A stretch of DNA of 64,000 bases from Candidatus Methanomethylicia archaeon (GCA_038727515.1 JAVYVS010000001.1:128001-192000); one strand, 5' to 3'; shown: positions 39,038-49,792, counted from the first letter of the stretch. A program made the numbers and translations. Notes: generated from the letters alone by a model not told the origin.

Positions 39038-39403
39038 ATGAAACATAGTATTTTACTTTTATTTTTGACTTTAACCATAATATTCACTGGTTCAAATACC
39101 TTATTCATTTATTGGAATGAGGAAATTCAATGGTATGTTATTATCTTATTTTCATCGATTATAATGGCTTTTATAAATACTTCAATTAATCTTAAGATGA
39201 AAATAGGAATTCTCTTTTTAGCATGGATTGCAAGTATTGTATTTACAAGTTTCGTAATTTGTTATCCACTTATTTTATGGGGAGGAAGTCTAACCGCTAA
39301 TGAGGTAATCATATCTACAGTTGCACGTACATTAATTATTGTTTTCATAGGATTAACAATATCATTAGTTTCATTATTGTTCTTCTCATTCTTCAAGAGA
39401 TAG
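39038..39403 (+). CDS. Small four-TM membrane protein
   Basis: Highly hydrophobic 121-aa ORF. Confidence 0.6.
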   Translation: MKHSILLLFLTLTIIFTGSNTLFIYWNEEIQWYVIILFSSIIMAFINTSINLKMKIGILFLAWIASIVFTSFVICYPLILWGGSLTANEVIISTVARTLIIVFIGLTISLVSLLFFSFFKR

Positions 39404-39460
39404 TTCCATACGTTTACAATAAACATTTTAATTCTACTATGATTAAATGTATTTGAGATT

Positions 39461-40267
39461 ATGTGTGGAATTCTTGGGTATATAGGTTTTACGCCAATAA
39501 GCATTGATTCATGTTTAGATATTCTTAAGGCTCTTGAAGTTGAGCAACTCCCCATAGAGTCTAGTCCTGTTGGTGGTCATGGTGCTGGTTTAATGGTTTA
39601 TGATGATGGAGAATTATTTATTGAGAAGGTTGGTGGTAATGGTCTTTCTCCTGTTGATAAATTGAGGAACATTATTTATAGTAATTGGAGGATTAATTTT
39701 TCAAAGATTGTTTTAGGTCATGTTAGAAGGGCTTCACAAGTATTTGAGCGTACTATACCCTTTAAGGAATGTACACAACCATATGTTGTTAATTGTCTTG
39801 GAAGGTTTACTATTGTTTCTGTGCATAATGGGTTTCTAAAGAATTATTTGGATATTAAAGCCAACTTTAAAGTTGAGCATAAATTTGAATCTGAAAGTAT
39901 AACTTTAATTGATTCAGAGATTTTCCCACATTTCCTTGAAGAGTTAATATCGATTTATGGTGATGGAATTGAAACTGCTAAGATTCTCTTTGATCATATT
40001 GAAGGTGGTAATACTGTTGCTATGATGGTTTTCTTTGATGATTACATATCCCTTTATATTATTCATAAGGGTTTAACTAGGGGTTTAGCTCTTTGGCGCA
40101 ATGATAAAGGTCACCTATTATTTTCATCTAGAAGTTATATTATCGATAAATTTGCTAGAGGATTTATACGTGAAAATATGTTTGAAATTGAAGTTATCAT
40201 TAAACCTAGGGTTGAAGGTAGCTTCGTAAAGTATTATAGATTTGATAAAGATAGTTTATTGAAATAA
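39461..40267 (+). CDS. Stand-alone class II glutamine amidotransferase (Ntn hydrolase) domain protein
   Basis: MCGILG, GGHGAG, LGHVRRAS, TQPY, VHNG, IDSE. Confidence 0.85.
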   Translation: MCGILGYIGFTPISIDSCLDILKALEVEQLPIESSPVGGHGAGLMVYDDGELFIEKVGGNGLSPVDKLRNIIYSNWRINFSKIVLGHVRRASQVFERTIPFKECTQPYVVNCLGRFTIVSVHNGFLKNYLDIKANFKVEHKFESESITLIDSEIFPHFLEELISIYGDGIETAKILFDHIEGGNTVAMMVFFDDYISLYIIHKGLTRGLALWRNDKGHLLFSSRSYIIDKFARGFIRENMFEIEVIIKPRVEGSFVKYYRFDKDSLLK

Positions 40268-40297
40268 TTTTTCAATATCATCTATCTTATTGTTAAT

Positions 40298-41302
40298 GTG
40301 AATGTTATGTGTATTGTGGGCCCTGAAGATTTAATTTGGCTTATAACTGCTAGATGCAATTTAAATTGTCTTCATTGTTATGCTAGTTTATATCATGGTG
40401 AATTAGAGCTTAATTTAGATAGTATAATTAGAATTATTGATAGTGCTGTAGAAGCTGGAGTTGAACATATCAATTTTACTGGTGGAGACCCACTCCTTAG
40501 AAGTGACATCTTTAATATTTTAGAGTATTGTATTAATGTTGGTATTGAACCTTCAATTTTTACTAATTTGACTTTAATTAATGATGAAATTGCTTCAAGA
40601 CTTTCAAAAATGGAAATATATGTTTTAACTAGTATTGATGGTTTTTCAAAGGAAACTTATGAGAAGATTAGAGGGTTTAATAATTGGGAGAGATTTCTTA
40701 ATGGTGTTAAAAAGATTATTTCTTATGGCATTGAAGCTCATGCAAATATTTCAGTAAATGTTTTGAATTATAGTTATGTTGATAAAATTATAGAGGAAGT
40801 TTTGAAACTTGGATTTCAACATTTATCCATGATACCTACAATACCCTCTGGTAGAGCCTTTAAATGGAATTTATATGTTGATTCAAGAATGTTTATGGAA
40901 GCTGTTAAACTTGCTGCTAATAAAATGGAGGAAATTGGTTATTCTCTAGGTGTTTGGTGTGCACCATTTACTGGTGTTATTGTAGATTCCAGTAGATTGT
41001 ATTTTGGATGTTGTAGGAAGTGGAGGGTTATGGATATAACTCCATCTGGTAGAGTTGTATTATGTGATGTTCTAAACATAGAAGTTAGTAATGTCAATGA
41101 TTTTAGTGTTAAAGATGCTTGGATGAAATTACTGAATAATCCAATTGTTAAAAGTGTTAGAAATCCAAAGCTTATACACCCATGTGATAAATGTAGATTT
41201 TGGAGTAATTGTATGGGTGGATGCTATGCAAGAGCATATGTATTAACTGGAAATTTTGGGAATCCAGATCCATTATGTCCAAAGGTTAGTGGAATACTAT
41301 GA
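40298..41302 (+). CDS. Radical SAM/SPASM domain protein
   Basis: CNLNCLHCY, FTGGDPLLR, SIDG; SPASM cysteines GCC...ITPSGRVVLC...CDKC...CMGGCYAR...DPLC. Confidence 0.92.
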   Translation: MNVMCIVGPEDLIWLITARCNLNCLHCYASLYHGELELNLDSIIRIIDSAVEAGVEHINFTGGDPLLRSDIFNILEYCINVGIEPSIFTNLTLINDEIASRLSKMEIYVLTSIDGFSKETYEKIRGFNNWERFLNGVKKIISYGIEAHANISVNVLNYSYVDKIIEEVLKLGFQHLSMIPTIPSGRAFKWNLYVDSRMFMEAVKLAANKMEEIGYSLGVWCAPFTGVIVDSSRLYFGCCRKWRVMDITPSGRVVLCDVLNIEVSNVNDFSVKDAWMKLLNNPIVKSVRNPKLIHPCDKCRFWSNCMGGCYARAYVLTGNFGNPDPLCPKVSGIL

Positions 41303-41343
41303 TTTTCACTTGTACTTTATATTATTGTTGAATTATCTAGATA

Positions 41344-42180
41344 ATGGATTTATATAGAATTGTGGATATAGGATTGGAAGATATGAAATTCCATTACGAT
41401 TTATTGATTATTGATCTTGATGGTGTTGTTTGGAGAGGTTCTAAAATAATATATGATAATGTGGTTGCATTGAAGCTATTAAATGATTTAAATGTTAAAC
41501 TTATTTTTGCATCTAATAATTCTACCATTTGTAGAAGGGATTATGCATTGAAGTTAAGTGAAATTCTCGGATTTAAAATCCCCATTACCCATGTTTTTAA
41601 TAGTGGTTTTCTAGTTTCTAAATGGCTTTTAGATAAATATGGTGTAAAAAGGGTTTATCCTATTGGTGAACATGGTCTTTTCGAAGAATTATCTTCTAAT
41701 GGACATATTATTGTTGATGGTAATATTCCAAGTGAAATTGAAGTTGTTGTAGTTGGTTTAGATAGGAATTTAACTTATAAGAAGCTTGAAATTGCTCATA
41801 AAGCTATTACAAGGTATAATGCTATTTTCGTTGCATGTAATGAAGATCATATACTTCCATTTGATGATTGGAGTATTCCAGGTGCTGGGGCAATAGTTGC
41901 ATCATTAATTAAAAGCACTGGTGTACATCCAATAGTTATTGGTAAACCTAATCCATACCTTGCTGAGATTATACTTGAATCCTTCAATACACCTAGAGAT
42001 AAGATTCTAGTTGTTGGTGATAGATGTGATATGGATATTGCATTTGCTAGAAATGCTGGTTTAGATTGTTTACTTGTTTTAACTGGTGTTTCAAGGATTG
42101 AAGATGTTGAAAAATGTAAACCTACATATTTCGCAGAAGACCTCCTTCAATTCGTTAAGAATATGATTAATGGATTATAG
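41344..42180 (+). CDS. HAD-IIA hydrolase (NagD-like phosphatase)
   Basis: DLDGVVW, SNNS, VVVGLD, PGAG, GKPN, VGDRCDMDI, VLTGVS. Confidence 0.92.
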   Translation: MDLYRIVDIGLEDMKFHYDLLIIDLDGVVWRGSKIIYDNVVALKLLNDLNVKLIFASNNSTICRRDYALKLSEILGFKIPITHVFNSGFLVSKWLLDKYGVKRVYPIGEHGLFEELSSNGHIIVDGNIPSEIEVVVVGLDRNLTYKKLEIAHKAITRYNAIFVACNEDHILPFDDWSIPGAGAIVASLIKSTGVHPIVIGKPNPYLAEIILESFNTPRDKILVVGDRCDMDIAFARNAGLDCLLVLTGVSRIEDVEKCKPTYFAEDLLQFVKNMINGL

Positions 42181-42185
42181 CTATT

Positions 42186-42398
42186 TAACTTTCACCTATA
42201 TATCTCTTAAATACCTCTTTAAAATCTTCACTGTTAATAATTGGTTTACCATTTCTATGTATTTCTTGTAGTGATGGTGGCTTCATTTGATATCATGGTA
42301 ATCTATTAATGATTCTTTCTTCAAATGATGGTTTTAATGTATCTTGATAAAAGATTCCAATTGGACTTTCTTGATTTCCATAGCTTTCTTCATAGCAT
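42186..42398 (-). pseudogene. 3' remnant of a 2-oxoacid:ferredoxin oxidoreductase beta subunit
   Basis: AMKKAMEIKK / PIGIFYQDTLKPSFEERIINRLP*YQMKPPSLQEIHRNGKP, with a frameshift and an in-frame TGA; resembles the crenarchaeal OFOR-beta C-terminus. Confidence 0.7.
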
Positions 42399-43577
42399 TT
42401 AGTATTTTTCTTGAATTAATTGTTTTTGAACTTCTTTGACGCTTTCTCCAATGATTGTTTTATAACCTAATGTATTCAAGCTTCTTTCTATGGCTGATAC
42501 TGTTGCCACAATATCATTGGCATTTACAGATCCCATATGTCCAACTCTAAAGTAGTTTATGTTTGGGTATAATCCTCCTGCAACTATCACATTCCTTTTA
42601 TTCATTTCATTTAGGAATTGTTGTATGTTTATGTTTTGCGGTAGGTAGATTGCTGTTATTGTTGAAGCAGCATAATCTTCAGATTTAGCCATGATCTTTA
42701 GGTTCATAGCTTCTATACCCTTTCTAAAAGCTTTTGATAATATTTTATGTCTTTTAAATCTAGTTTCCATACCTTCATCTAGTATTAATTTTAAACTTTT
42801 GTTTAATGCTACTATGAGGTTTACCGCTGGTGTTGCAAAGTATGATGCTTTCAATTCTTCATATGAGTTCATAATGTTTATCCATCTTGTTAATTCCATG
42901 TAGTATGGAGAGTATTTCGATTTTGTCTCCTTTAGTCTATCTAATGCTTTTGGTGATAACCATATTATTGCTAATCCTGGTGGTACACCTATAGCTTTTT
43001 GACTTCCAGTGAATAGTACATCTATACCCCAATTTTTCATGTATATTTCTTCTCCAGCTACACTACATACTCCATCAACAACCAATAATGTTTCATTATG
43101 TTTACTTATTTCTTCTCCAAGTTTCTTTAATTCCTGTCTAACTCCAGTACTTGTATCTACATGTGTTACTATCACTAAACTATATTTTTCTTCTTCAATT
43201 TTCCTAAGGATTTCATTGGTGTCAACCATTTCACCAATTTCTTTAGCTTTTAATACATCTATTTTCACTGGGTATTTTGATAATAATTCTATCATTCTAT
43301 CCCCGAAGTATCCATTGGAAACTATAAGCACTTTATCGTTTTCCCTTATGAAATTTGTTGTACTTGCTTCCATAGCTAATGTTCCACTTCCAGCTATTAC
43401 TATAGGTTTATACTCTTCATTTACAAACACTATTTTCCTAAGGTTTTTCAATACATCATGGAATATCTGTATGAATTCTTTTGATGTATGGCTTAATGTT
43501 GTTGTACTTAATTCCCTTAGTACTGAAGGTTCGAATATTATTGGTCCTGGAATCATCAGTAATGATCTTTCACTCAT
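42399..43577 (-). CDS. Class V aminotransferase (serine/alanine-glyoxylate type)
   Basis: LMIPGP, GSGTLAME, THVDTSTG, VDGVCS, TGSQKAIGVPPG, FRVGHMG. Confidence 0.93.
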   Translation of the reverse strand: MSERSLLMIPGPIIFEPSVLRELSTTTLSHTSKEFIQIFHDVLKNLRKIVFVNEEYKPIVIAGSGTLAMEASTTNFIRENDKVLIVSNGYFGDRMIELLSKYPVKIDVLKAKEIGEMVDTNEILRKIEEEKYSLVIVTHVDTSTGVRQELKKLGEEISKHNETLLVVDGVCSVAGEEIYMKNWGIDVLFTGSQKAIGVPPGLAIIWLSPKALDRLKETKSKYSPYYMELTRWINIMNSYEELKASYFATPAVNLIVALNKSLKLILDEGMETRFKRHKILSKAFRKGIEAMNLKIMAKSEDYAASTITAIYLPQNINIQQFLNEMNKRNVIVAGGLYPNINYFRVGHMGSVNANDIVATVSAIERSLNTLGYKTIIGESVKEVQKQLIQEKY

Positions 43578-43668
43578 TTAAACCACAAATCAAATTATAT
43601 TTCAATTTATATTAAAGGTTTGGGGCAACCCATATATATTCATTGAATATATAACTCTATGTGATTTT

Positions 43669-44247
43669 ATGACTACCCTCATTAGAATCTCTAGAATTTG
43701 CGGTTTTATTACGCCGATTGTAGCCTATGGATTCATCTTTCTTGCAATATCTAATGCTCCATGGTTTTCTTGGTATAAGAATGCTTTAAGTGATCTTGGT
43801 GCTAGAAGTCCTTCTGATATCTACTTTAATTCTGGTTTAATATTATCGGGGATTCTTGAAATAATCTTCTCCCTTGGATTTTATAAGGTTATTAATGGAA
43901 TTATGGGTAAGCTTTCTGCAATAATCCTATTCATTGATTCTATTGCTTTAATTGGTATAGGATTATTCCCTGAAACTGCTGGTAGAATACATTTCTACTT
44001 TTCAGTTATCTTCTTCCTCCTCTACCCCATATCTTCACTATTATTCGGTTTAAGTTTAATAGCGTCTAAGAGTAATGTTGTTTTTGGTTTTCTAAGTATA
44101 ATTATGACATTCATATGCTTCGCTATATGGTTTATAATTCCATGGAGATCTATGGGTGTAACTGGAGTTGCTATACCCGAATTCCTCTCTTCAATTTTCG
44201 GATGCATATGGATGGTTTACATCGCCTATAGGTACTTGAAAACCTAA
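43669..44247 (+). CDS. DUF998 family membrane protein
   Basis: PWFSWYKNALSDLG, FNSGLI, IGLFPE...H, AIPE. Confidence 0.8.
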   Translation: MTTLIRISRICGFITPIVAYGFIFLAISNAPWFSWYKNALSDLGARSPSDIYFNSGLILSGILEIIFSLGFYKVINGIMGKLSAIILFIDSIALIGIGLFPETAGRIHFYFSVIFFLLYPISSLLFGLSLIASKSNVVFGFLSIIMTFICFAIWFIIPWRSMGVTGVAIPEFLSSIFGCIWMVYIAYRYLKT

Positions 44248-44300
44248 ATTTAATAAAACCCTTTATATGCTTTCTCTATATATATGACTTTGGTGAATAT

Positions 44301-45338
44301 ATGCGTATTGTAGATTTACGTAGTGATACCGTTACTATTCCACCAAAGGAAGCTTTAGCCACCATCCTTGAAGCCCCGTTAGGTGATGATGTCTACCGTG
44401 AAGACCCCACTGTTAATAAACTTGAAGCTATGGCTGCTGAAATATTTGAGAAAGAAGCTGCACTATTAGTTACTAGTGGTACTCAAGCAAATTTGATTTC
44501 AGTTATGGCTCATACTAAACGTGGTGATGAAGTTATTGTAGAATATGATTCCCATATATACAATTATGAAGTTGGAGGAATATCTTGGATTGCTGGTGTT
44601 CATCCAAGACCCATCAAGGGATTTAGAGGTTTTATGGATCCTGCAGCTATAGAATCTGCTATTAGACCTAAAGATATTCATTGCGGAGAAACCACTCTAC
44701 TATGTGTTGAAAATACTCATAATAGGGCTGGTGGAACTGTTATAACTCCTAAACAAATGGAAGCTATGGCTGAAGTAGCTAGGAGACATGGTTTAAAGGT
44801 TTATGTTGATGGTGCAAGAATATTTAATGCAGCCGTCGCTTTAAATATTAAACCTTCAAAACTCGTGGAGAATGCTGATTCTCTAAGCTTCTGCCTCTCT
44901 AAAGGTTTAGCTGGTCCAATTGGCTCTCTTATGGTTGGACCTAAAGAATTTATTGAACGTGCAAGGAAGATTCGAAAAGTTTTAGGTGGTGGTATGAGAA
45001 AGGCTGGCGTTATTGCTGCACCTGGAATTTGGGTTTTGGAACATATGGTGGATCGTTTAAAGGAAGATCATGAAAATGCACGTAAACTTGCTTTAGGTTT
45101 ATCGAAGATTCCAGAAATTTCTATTGATCTAGAATGTGTTCAAACGAATATTGTAATATTTGAATTGAAGAGCATTAGTGCTAGAGCCTTTGTTGAAGCA
45201 TTATCTAGAAGAGGAGTTAAATGTGGCGCTATTGGTCCTAGGAGAATTCGTATGGTAACTCATTATGGAATAACATCTGAAGATATAGATTATACTTTGA
45301 AAATAGTGAAAATGGTTTTAGAAGATTTATTAGAGTAG
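44301..45338 (+). CDS. ltaE: Low-specificity L-threonine aldolase
   Basis: DLRSDTVT, GDDVYREDPT, SGTQAN, ENTHN, DGARIFNA, CLSKGL, GGGMR. Confidence 0.95.
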   Translation: MRIVDLRSDTVTIPPKEALATILEAPLGDDVYREDPTVNKLEAMAAEIFEKEAALLVTSGTQANLISVMAHTKRGDEVIVEYDSHIYNYEVGGISWIAGVHPRPIKGFRGFMDPAAIESAIRPKDIHCGETTLLCVENTHNRAGGTVITPKQMEAMAEVARRHGLKVYVDGARIFNAAVALNIKPSKLVENADSLSFCLSKGLAGPIGSLMVGPKEFIERARKIRKVLGGGMRKAGVIAAPGIWVLEHMVDRLKEDHENARKLALGLSKIPEISIDLECVQTNIVIFELKSISARAFVEALSRRGVKCGAIGPRRIRMVTHYGITSEDIDYTLKIVKMVLEDLLE

Positions 45339-45560
45339 ATTCATTAAACTAATTTATTCAACCAATTATTTTTGTTTAATTTTTATTTAAATCCATTTTA
45401 TAATGGTATTTTAATCATTTTCATGTATACATTTTTGTAAATGTTATAATGTTTTGCTGCATTTTCTTGTAGATGATATATTTAATTTTCAATTTAAAAT
45501 GGTAACATTTAATTTATCCTTTACTACTTATGTTATGGTTGGTTGTTTGAGGTTAATTAT

Positions 45561-46928
45561 ATGTGGAGTATGCTTTATTTCCTTAGGAATAACCCTGAGA
45601 GAATTAGGATTTCTCAACGTGCTAGAGGTTTAGATGAATCTATTGTTGATAAAGCTTTAGAATTGGATTTAAAGTGGAGGAAGGTTTTAACTTATATTAA
45701 TGAGTTGAGGCGTGAGCATAATAGGATTTCACGTGAAATTGCTGGTTTAATTGGGGTGGAGAGGGAGAAGAAGCTTGAAGAAGCTCGTAAATTGGCTGAA
45801 AAGATCGAAATTGAAGAAAAAATTTTGAATGATTTGGAGGCTGAACGTACACGTATATTGCTTAGTATACCAAATATTGTCCATGAATCTGTTCCTATTG
45901 GTAGAAGTGAGGAAGATAATGTTCCAATAAGATTTTATGGTAAACCAAAAGTTTACTACGAGTTTGAAAATGAATTTTTAAAGCAAATTAAGGGGTTTAA
46001 AGTTGATTATGAAATTATTGATTGGAAGCCTATGGGTCATGCTGATATGCTTGATTTCCTGGGGTTGGGTGATACTGTTAAAGCTGGTGAAGTTGCTACT
46101 TCAAGGTTTTATTATCTATTTGATGATCTTGTATGGCTTGATTTATCACTTCTCCTCTATGCTTTAGATTTCCTATCTAGTCAGGGGTTTAAAGTTGTTT
46201 TAACTCCTTACATGCTTAGAAGAGCTGCATATGAGGGTGTTACAACACTTAGTGATTTTGAAGAAGCTTTATATAAGATTGAAGGTGAAGATCTATATTT
46301 AATTGCTACAAGTGAGCATCCCATTGCTGCTTATCAAATGAATAATTTAATTGATGGAAAAGACTTGCCAATTCTATATGCTGGTATTAGTGCATGCTTT
46401 AGGAAGGAGGCTGGAGCTCATGGTAAGGATACTAAGGGTATATTTAGAGTTCATCAATTCAATAAAATTGAACAATTTGTTTTCTGTTTACCAGAGGATT
46501 CTTGGATTTGGATTGAAAGATTAATTGAAAATGCTGAGAAGCTTTGGTCTGGTTTAGATATACCATATAGAGTTGTTAATATATGTTCTGGTGAATTAAG
46601 TGCTGTAGTTTCTAAAAGGTATGATTTAGAGGCGTGGATGCCTGCTCAAGGTAAGTATAGGGAGATGGTTTCATGTAGTAATTGTCTTGATTGGCAGAGT
46701 TATAGGCTTAATATTAGATTTCAGAGGAAAGGTGAAAAGGGTTTAGAGAGAGGTTACGTACATACGTTAAATTCAACTGCTATAGCTTCAACAAGAGCTA
46801 TAACTGCTATACTTGAGAATTATCAAGAAGCTGATGGTACAGTTATTATACCAAAGGTTTTAAGACCATACCTTGAAATGTTTAAGAAGGCTCCTAAAGA
46901 AGCTATATATCCAATTAAGAAAAGATAA
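45561..46928 (+). CDS. serS: Seryl-tRNA synthetase
   Basis: N-terminal coiled coil, LIATSEHP, FRKEAGAHGKDTKGIFRVHQF, SCSNC, HTLNSTAIA. Confidence 0.97.
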   Translation: MWSMLYFLRNNPERIRISQRARGLDESIVDKALELDLKWRKVLTYINELRREHNRISREIAGLIGVEREKKLEEARKLAEKIEIEEKILNDLEAERTRILLSIPNIVHESVPIGRSEEDNVPIRFYGKPKVYYEFENEFLKQIKGFKVDYEIIDWKPMGHADMLDFLGLGDTVKAGEVATSRFYYLFDDLVWLDLSLLLYALDFLSSQGFKVVLTPYMLRRAAYEGVTTLSDFEEALYKIEGEDLYLIATSEHPIAAYQMNNLIDGKDLPILYAGISACFRKEAGAHGKDTKGIFRVHQFNKIEQFVFCLPEDSWIWIERLIENAEKLWSGLDIPYRVVNICSGELSAVVSKRYDLEAWMPAQGKYREMVSCSNCLDWQSYRLNIRFQRKGEKGLERGYVHTLNSTAIASTRAITAILENYQEADGTVIIPKVLRPYLEMFKKAPKEAIYPIKKR

Positions 46929-46932
46929 TTGT

Positions 46933-48225
46933 TTAGTTTATTTTTATCTTTAATTTTATTGAATGTACTGAACATGAAATGCATGGATCATAGTTTCTTA
47001 TTATTTGTTCCACTATTAATTGAGCTTCTTCTATTGGTTTACTTATGATTAATGGTATTTGATTTATGATATCTTGTTCTATATGTGCTAAGTTTTGTGT
47101 TGTAGGAGCTATTATCCTAGCTTTTTCAACAAATCCTTCATCATTCAATTTATACGAATGATATAATACTCCTCTTGGAGCTTCCGTTGCTCCACATCCC
47201 CAACCTCCCTTCACTTTATATTCTACGTATGGTTTTTCCGGTTCTCTATATTCATCAATTAATCTCTCTATCTCCAAGGTTGCATGGAATATTTCTGCAA
47301 GTCTCGCTATTATACTTTGATATGTGTTTGTTAATGGTGCTTTATAACCATTGTCCTCTATTATATCTCTTACTTCCCCCCTTAAAGTATTGTAGTTATT
47401 GTTGTATCTAGCTATGGGTCCAGTTATATAGAATCCTCTTCTCCTTATTTTGCATCTTAGCGATGTAGAGTATGGTACTTGTATTTCTTCTATTTCCTTT
47501 TCAAAATCTTCTTCTACAATGTTTAAACCTTTATTGGATATTATTCTTCCACCTATTGTTGGATATTCATTATCTTGATCTTTTAGGGAGAGGTATTCAT
47601 AATCACATTTTACCTCTGGTATCTTAAGTTTAAATGTCCATTTCAATAGTTCTTTTGCTATTTCTTGGTATTCTCTGCATTTATCCTTTATATCTTTTAG
47701 TTCTGTTTTCCTTATTACTCTATAGAATCCGCCTATTCTACATGAGATTGGATGTACAGGTCTTCCACCTAATTTTTCAATTATGTAGTTTCCGAAGGCT
47801 TTTAATCTCATTGCTTTTCTAATTGTTTCAGGTTCTATTTTAGCTAATTCTATAGCATCATTTAATCTTAGGAAGTCTGGAGCGTGAAGTAGAAATGCAT
47901 GTAGAGTATGACTGCTTATCCATTCTCCAAATAGCATGATCTTCCTCAACTCTCTTATTTCTTTAGGTATTTCAATTTCAAAGATTTTCTCTATTGCTCT
48001 GCTGCTACTATAGATGTATGGTATTGGGCATATACCGCATATTCTTGCAACTAAATCTGGAACTTCACTGTATTTTCTACCTATCAAGAATGCTTCGAAG
48101 AATCTTGGAGCTTCAAATATATTTAACTCTAATTTCTCTATTTTTCCATTTGTTATTATTAATTCTACTCCTCCTTCTCCTTCAACTCTCGTTAATGGTT
48201 TAATTTTTAAATCTATTTTACTCAT
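46933..48225 (-). CDS. hydA: Group 3b [NiFe] hydrogenase (sulfhydrogenase) large/alpha subunit
   Basis: TRVEGEG, L1 RICGICP, EAPRG, L2 DPCISCSVH plus a short cleavable tail. Confidence 0.95.
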   Translation of the reverse strand: MSKIDLKIKPLTRVEGEGGVELIITNGKIEKLELNIFEAPRFFEAFLIGRKYSEVPDLVARICGICPIPYIYSSSRAIEKIFEIEIPKEIRELRKIMLFGEWISSHTLHAFLLHAPDFLRLNDAIELAKIEPETIRKAMRLKAFGNYIIEKLGGRPVHPISCRIGGFYRVIRKTELKDIKDKCREYQEIAKELLKWTFKLKIPEVKCDYEYLSLKDQDNEYPTIGGRIISNKGLNIVEEDFEKEIEEIQVPYSTSLRCKIRRRGFYITGPIARYNNNYNTLRGEVRDIIEDNGYKAPLTNTYQSIIARLAEIFHATLEIERLIDEYREPEKPYVEYKVKGGWGCGATEAPRGVLYHSYKLNDEGFVEKARIIAPTTQNLAHIEQDIINQIPLIISKPIEEAQLIVEQIIRNYDPCISCSVHSIKLKIKIN

Positions 48226-48977
48226 TTATTTATCACCTCTCTGAACTTTTGATTCCAATTTTCGAATTTCTTTAATAGTAATGATATGTCCATTTTACTT
48301 AACCCCTTATTTCTAAAGTGTTCCATTAATCTCTCTACTTCTGGTTTATCTGAGGGTCCATAGCATGCGTAGCATGGTCTTTGGAAGCTTGGGCATAGAG
48401 CTCCACATCCAACCATAACTATTGGTCCTAAGCATGGTTCACCTTTAGTTACAAGTACACATGTATACCCCTTTATTTTACATTGTATACATAAACTATG
48501 TGTGGGTAGGAATGGTTCTCTACCAAGCATTATTTGGCTTAATACCCATAATAATTGGCGTCTATTTATTGGGCATCCATTTATTTCAAAATCTACTTTT
48601 ACATGTTCAGATATAGGTGTTGATTTCTCTAACGTTTTAATCCACTCTGGATTTGGATAAACGATCTTTTTATAATCATTGATTTGATTACTCCAATTTC
48701 TTAATGCTTGTATTCCACCTGATGTAGCACATGAACCTATTGCTATTACATATTTTGATTCATTCCTTACCCTTTTAATTTCTTCTTCTTGTTCTGGTGT
48801 TGATATACTTCCCTCAATTAATGCTATATCATAGGGTCCTTCACTAATTTTCTTTGAAGCTTCTATGAAGTATGCTACTTCAACTTTTTCCGCTATTTTT
48901 AAGAGTTCTTCCTCAAGATTTAATAGCTCTAATTGGCATCCACTACAACTTGCAAATTTGAATATTGCCAACTTCAT
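48222..48977 (-). CDS. hydD: Group 3b hydrogenase small/delta subunit
   Basis: SCSGCQ, GSCATSGG, GCP, CIQC...C...CLGP...CGALCP...CYACYG. Confidence 0.93.
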   Translation of the reverse strand: MKLAIFKFASCSGCQLELLNLEEELLKIAEKVEVAYFIEASKKISEGPYDIALIEGSISTPEQEEEIKRVRNESKYVIAIGSCATSGGIQALRNWSNQINDYKKIVYPNPEWIKTLEKSTPISEHVKVDFEINGCPINRRQLLWVLSQIMLGREPFLPTHSLCIQCKIKGYTCVLVTKGEPCLGPIVMVGCGALCPSFQRPCYACYGPSDKPEVERLMEHFRNKGLSKMDISLLLKKFENWNQKFREVINK

Positions 48978-49792
48978 ATTTGCTCCACCTCAAAATAACC
49001 TTTTATTTTTGAAAATTGGAATACTGGTCCATCCTTACATACGAAGTATGGTCCCACTTGACAATGTCCGCATTGCCCTATTCCGCATCGCATCCTCCTC
49101 TCCATTGAAATATATATCCTCTCTTCCGGAATCTTCTTTTTAATTAAGTCTTTTACCGTGAATTTCATCATTATCTCTGGTCCACAAACCATTGCTATTG
49201 TATTTTTAGGGTCTACGTCTACTTTTGGTATTAATGTTGTAACAACACCTACAGCTCCAGCCCATTCCTCTTCCCCTCTATCAACGGTTACATGAAATTC
49301 AGTATTCCTTATCCTCTTATACCTTTCAAATTCTCTTCTATAAACTAAATCTCTTGGGGTTCTTGCACCATAAAGTATTATCATTCTACCATATCTATCC
49401 CTATTTCTCTCTACTTCCATTATTACTGGTCTTAGGGGTGCTATTCCTATTCCACCTGATACTATTAGTATATCAAATCCTTCAGCTTCCTTCACTGGCC
49501 ATGTATTTCCATAAGGTCCTCTAAAACCAATGATATCATTCTCCTTAATCTTACTGATCATTCTTGTTACTGCACCTACAATTTTTATTGTATGCATTAT
49601 CTTTCCATCTTCTAATCCACTTATTGAAATTGGTATTTCCCCTCCACCATATACGTATAATATATTGAATTGTCCTGGTGAACCCTTTACTTCACCTTCC
49701 ATTGGCGTTACATAATACGTGTATACGTCTTGTGTTTCTTGAATAATTTTATTTATCAAACCCTTTTTGAATATGTATTCTTTATAGATCAT
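48974..49792 (-). CDS. hydG: Group 3b hydrogenase gamma subunit (FAD/NAD(P)-binding, 2Fe-2S)
   Basis: GEIPISIS, RGPYG, GGIGIAPLR, CGPEIMM, CGIGQCGHC...CKDGP. Confidence 0.93.
   Translation of the reverse strand: MIYKEYIFKKGLINKIIQETQDVYTYYVTPMEGEVKGSPGQFNILYVYGGGEIPISISGLEDGKIMHTIKIVGAVTRMISKIKENDIIGFRGPYGNTWPVKEAEGFDILIVSGGIGIAPLRPVIMEVERNRDRYGRMIILYGARTPRDLVYRREFERYKRIRNTEFHVTVDRGEEEWAGAVGVVTTLIPKVDVDPKNTIAMVCGPEIMMKFTVKDLIKKKIPEERIYISMERRMRCGIGQCGHCQVGPYFVCKDGPVFQFSKIKGYFEVEQI

Noticed and set aside
43009-43581. Long antisense ORFs (this one, and similar ones at 49997-50470, 63271-63813 and 9912-10298)
   Set aside because: They overlap well-supported genes on the opposite strand and carry no motifs
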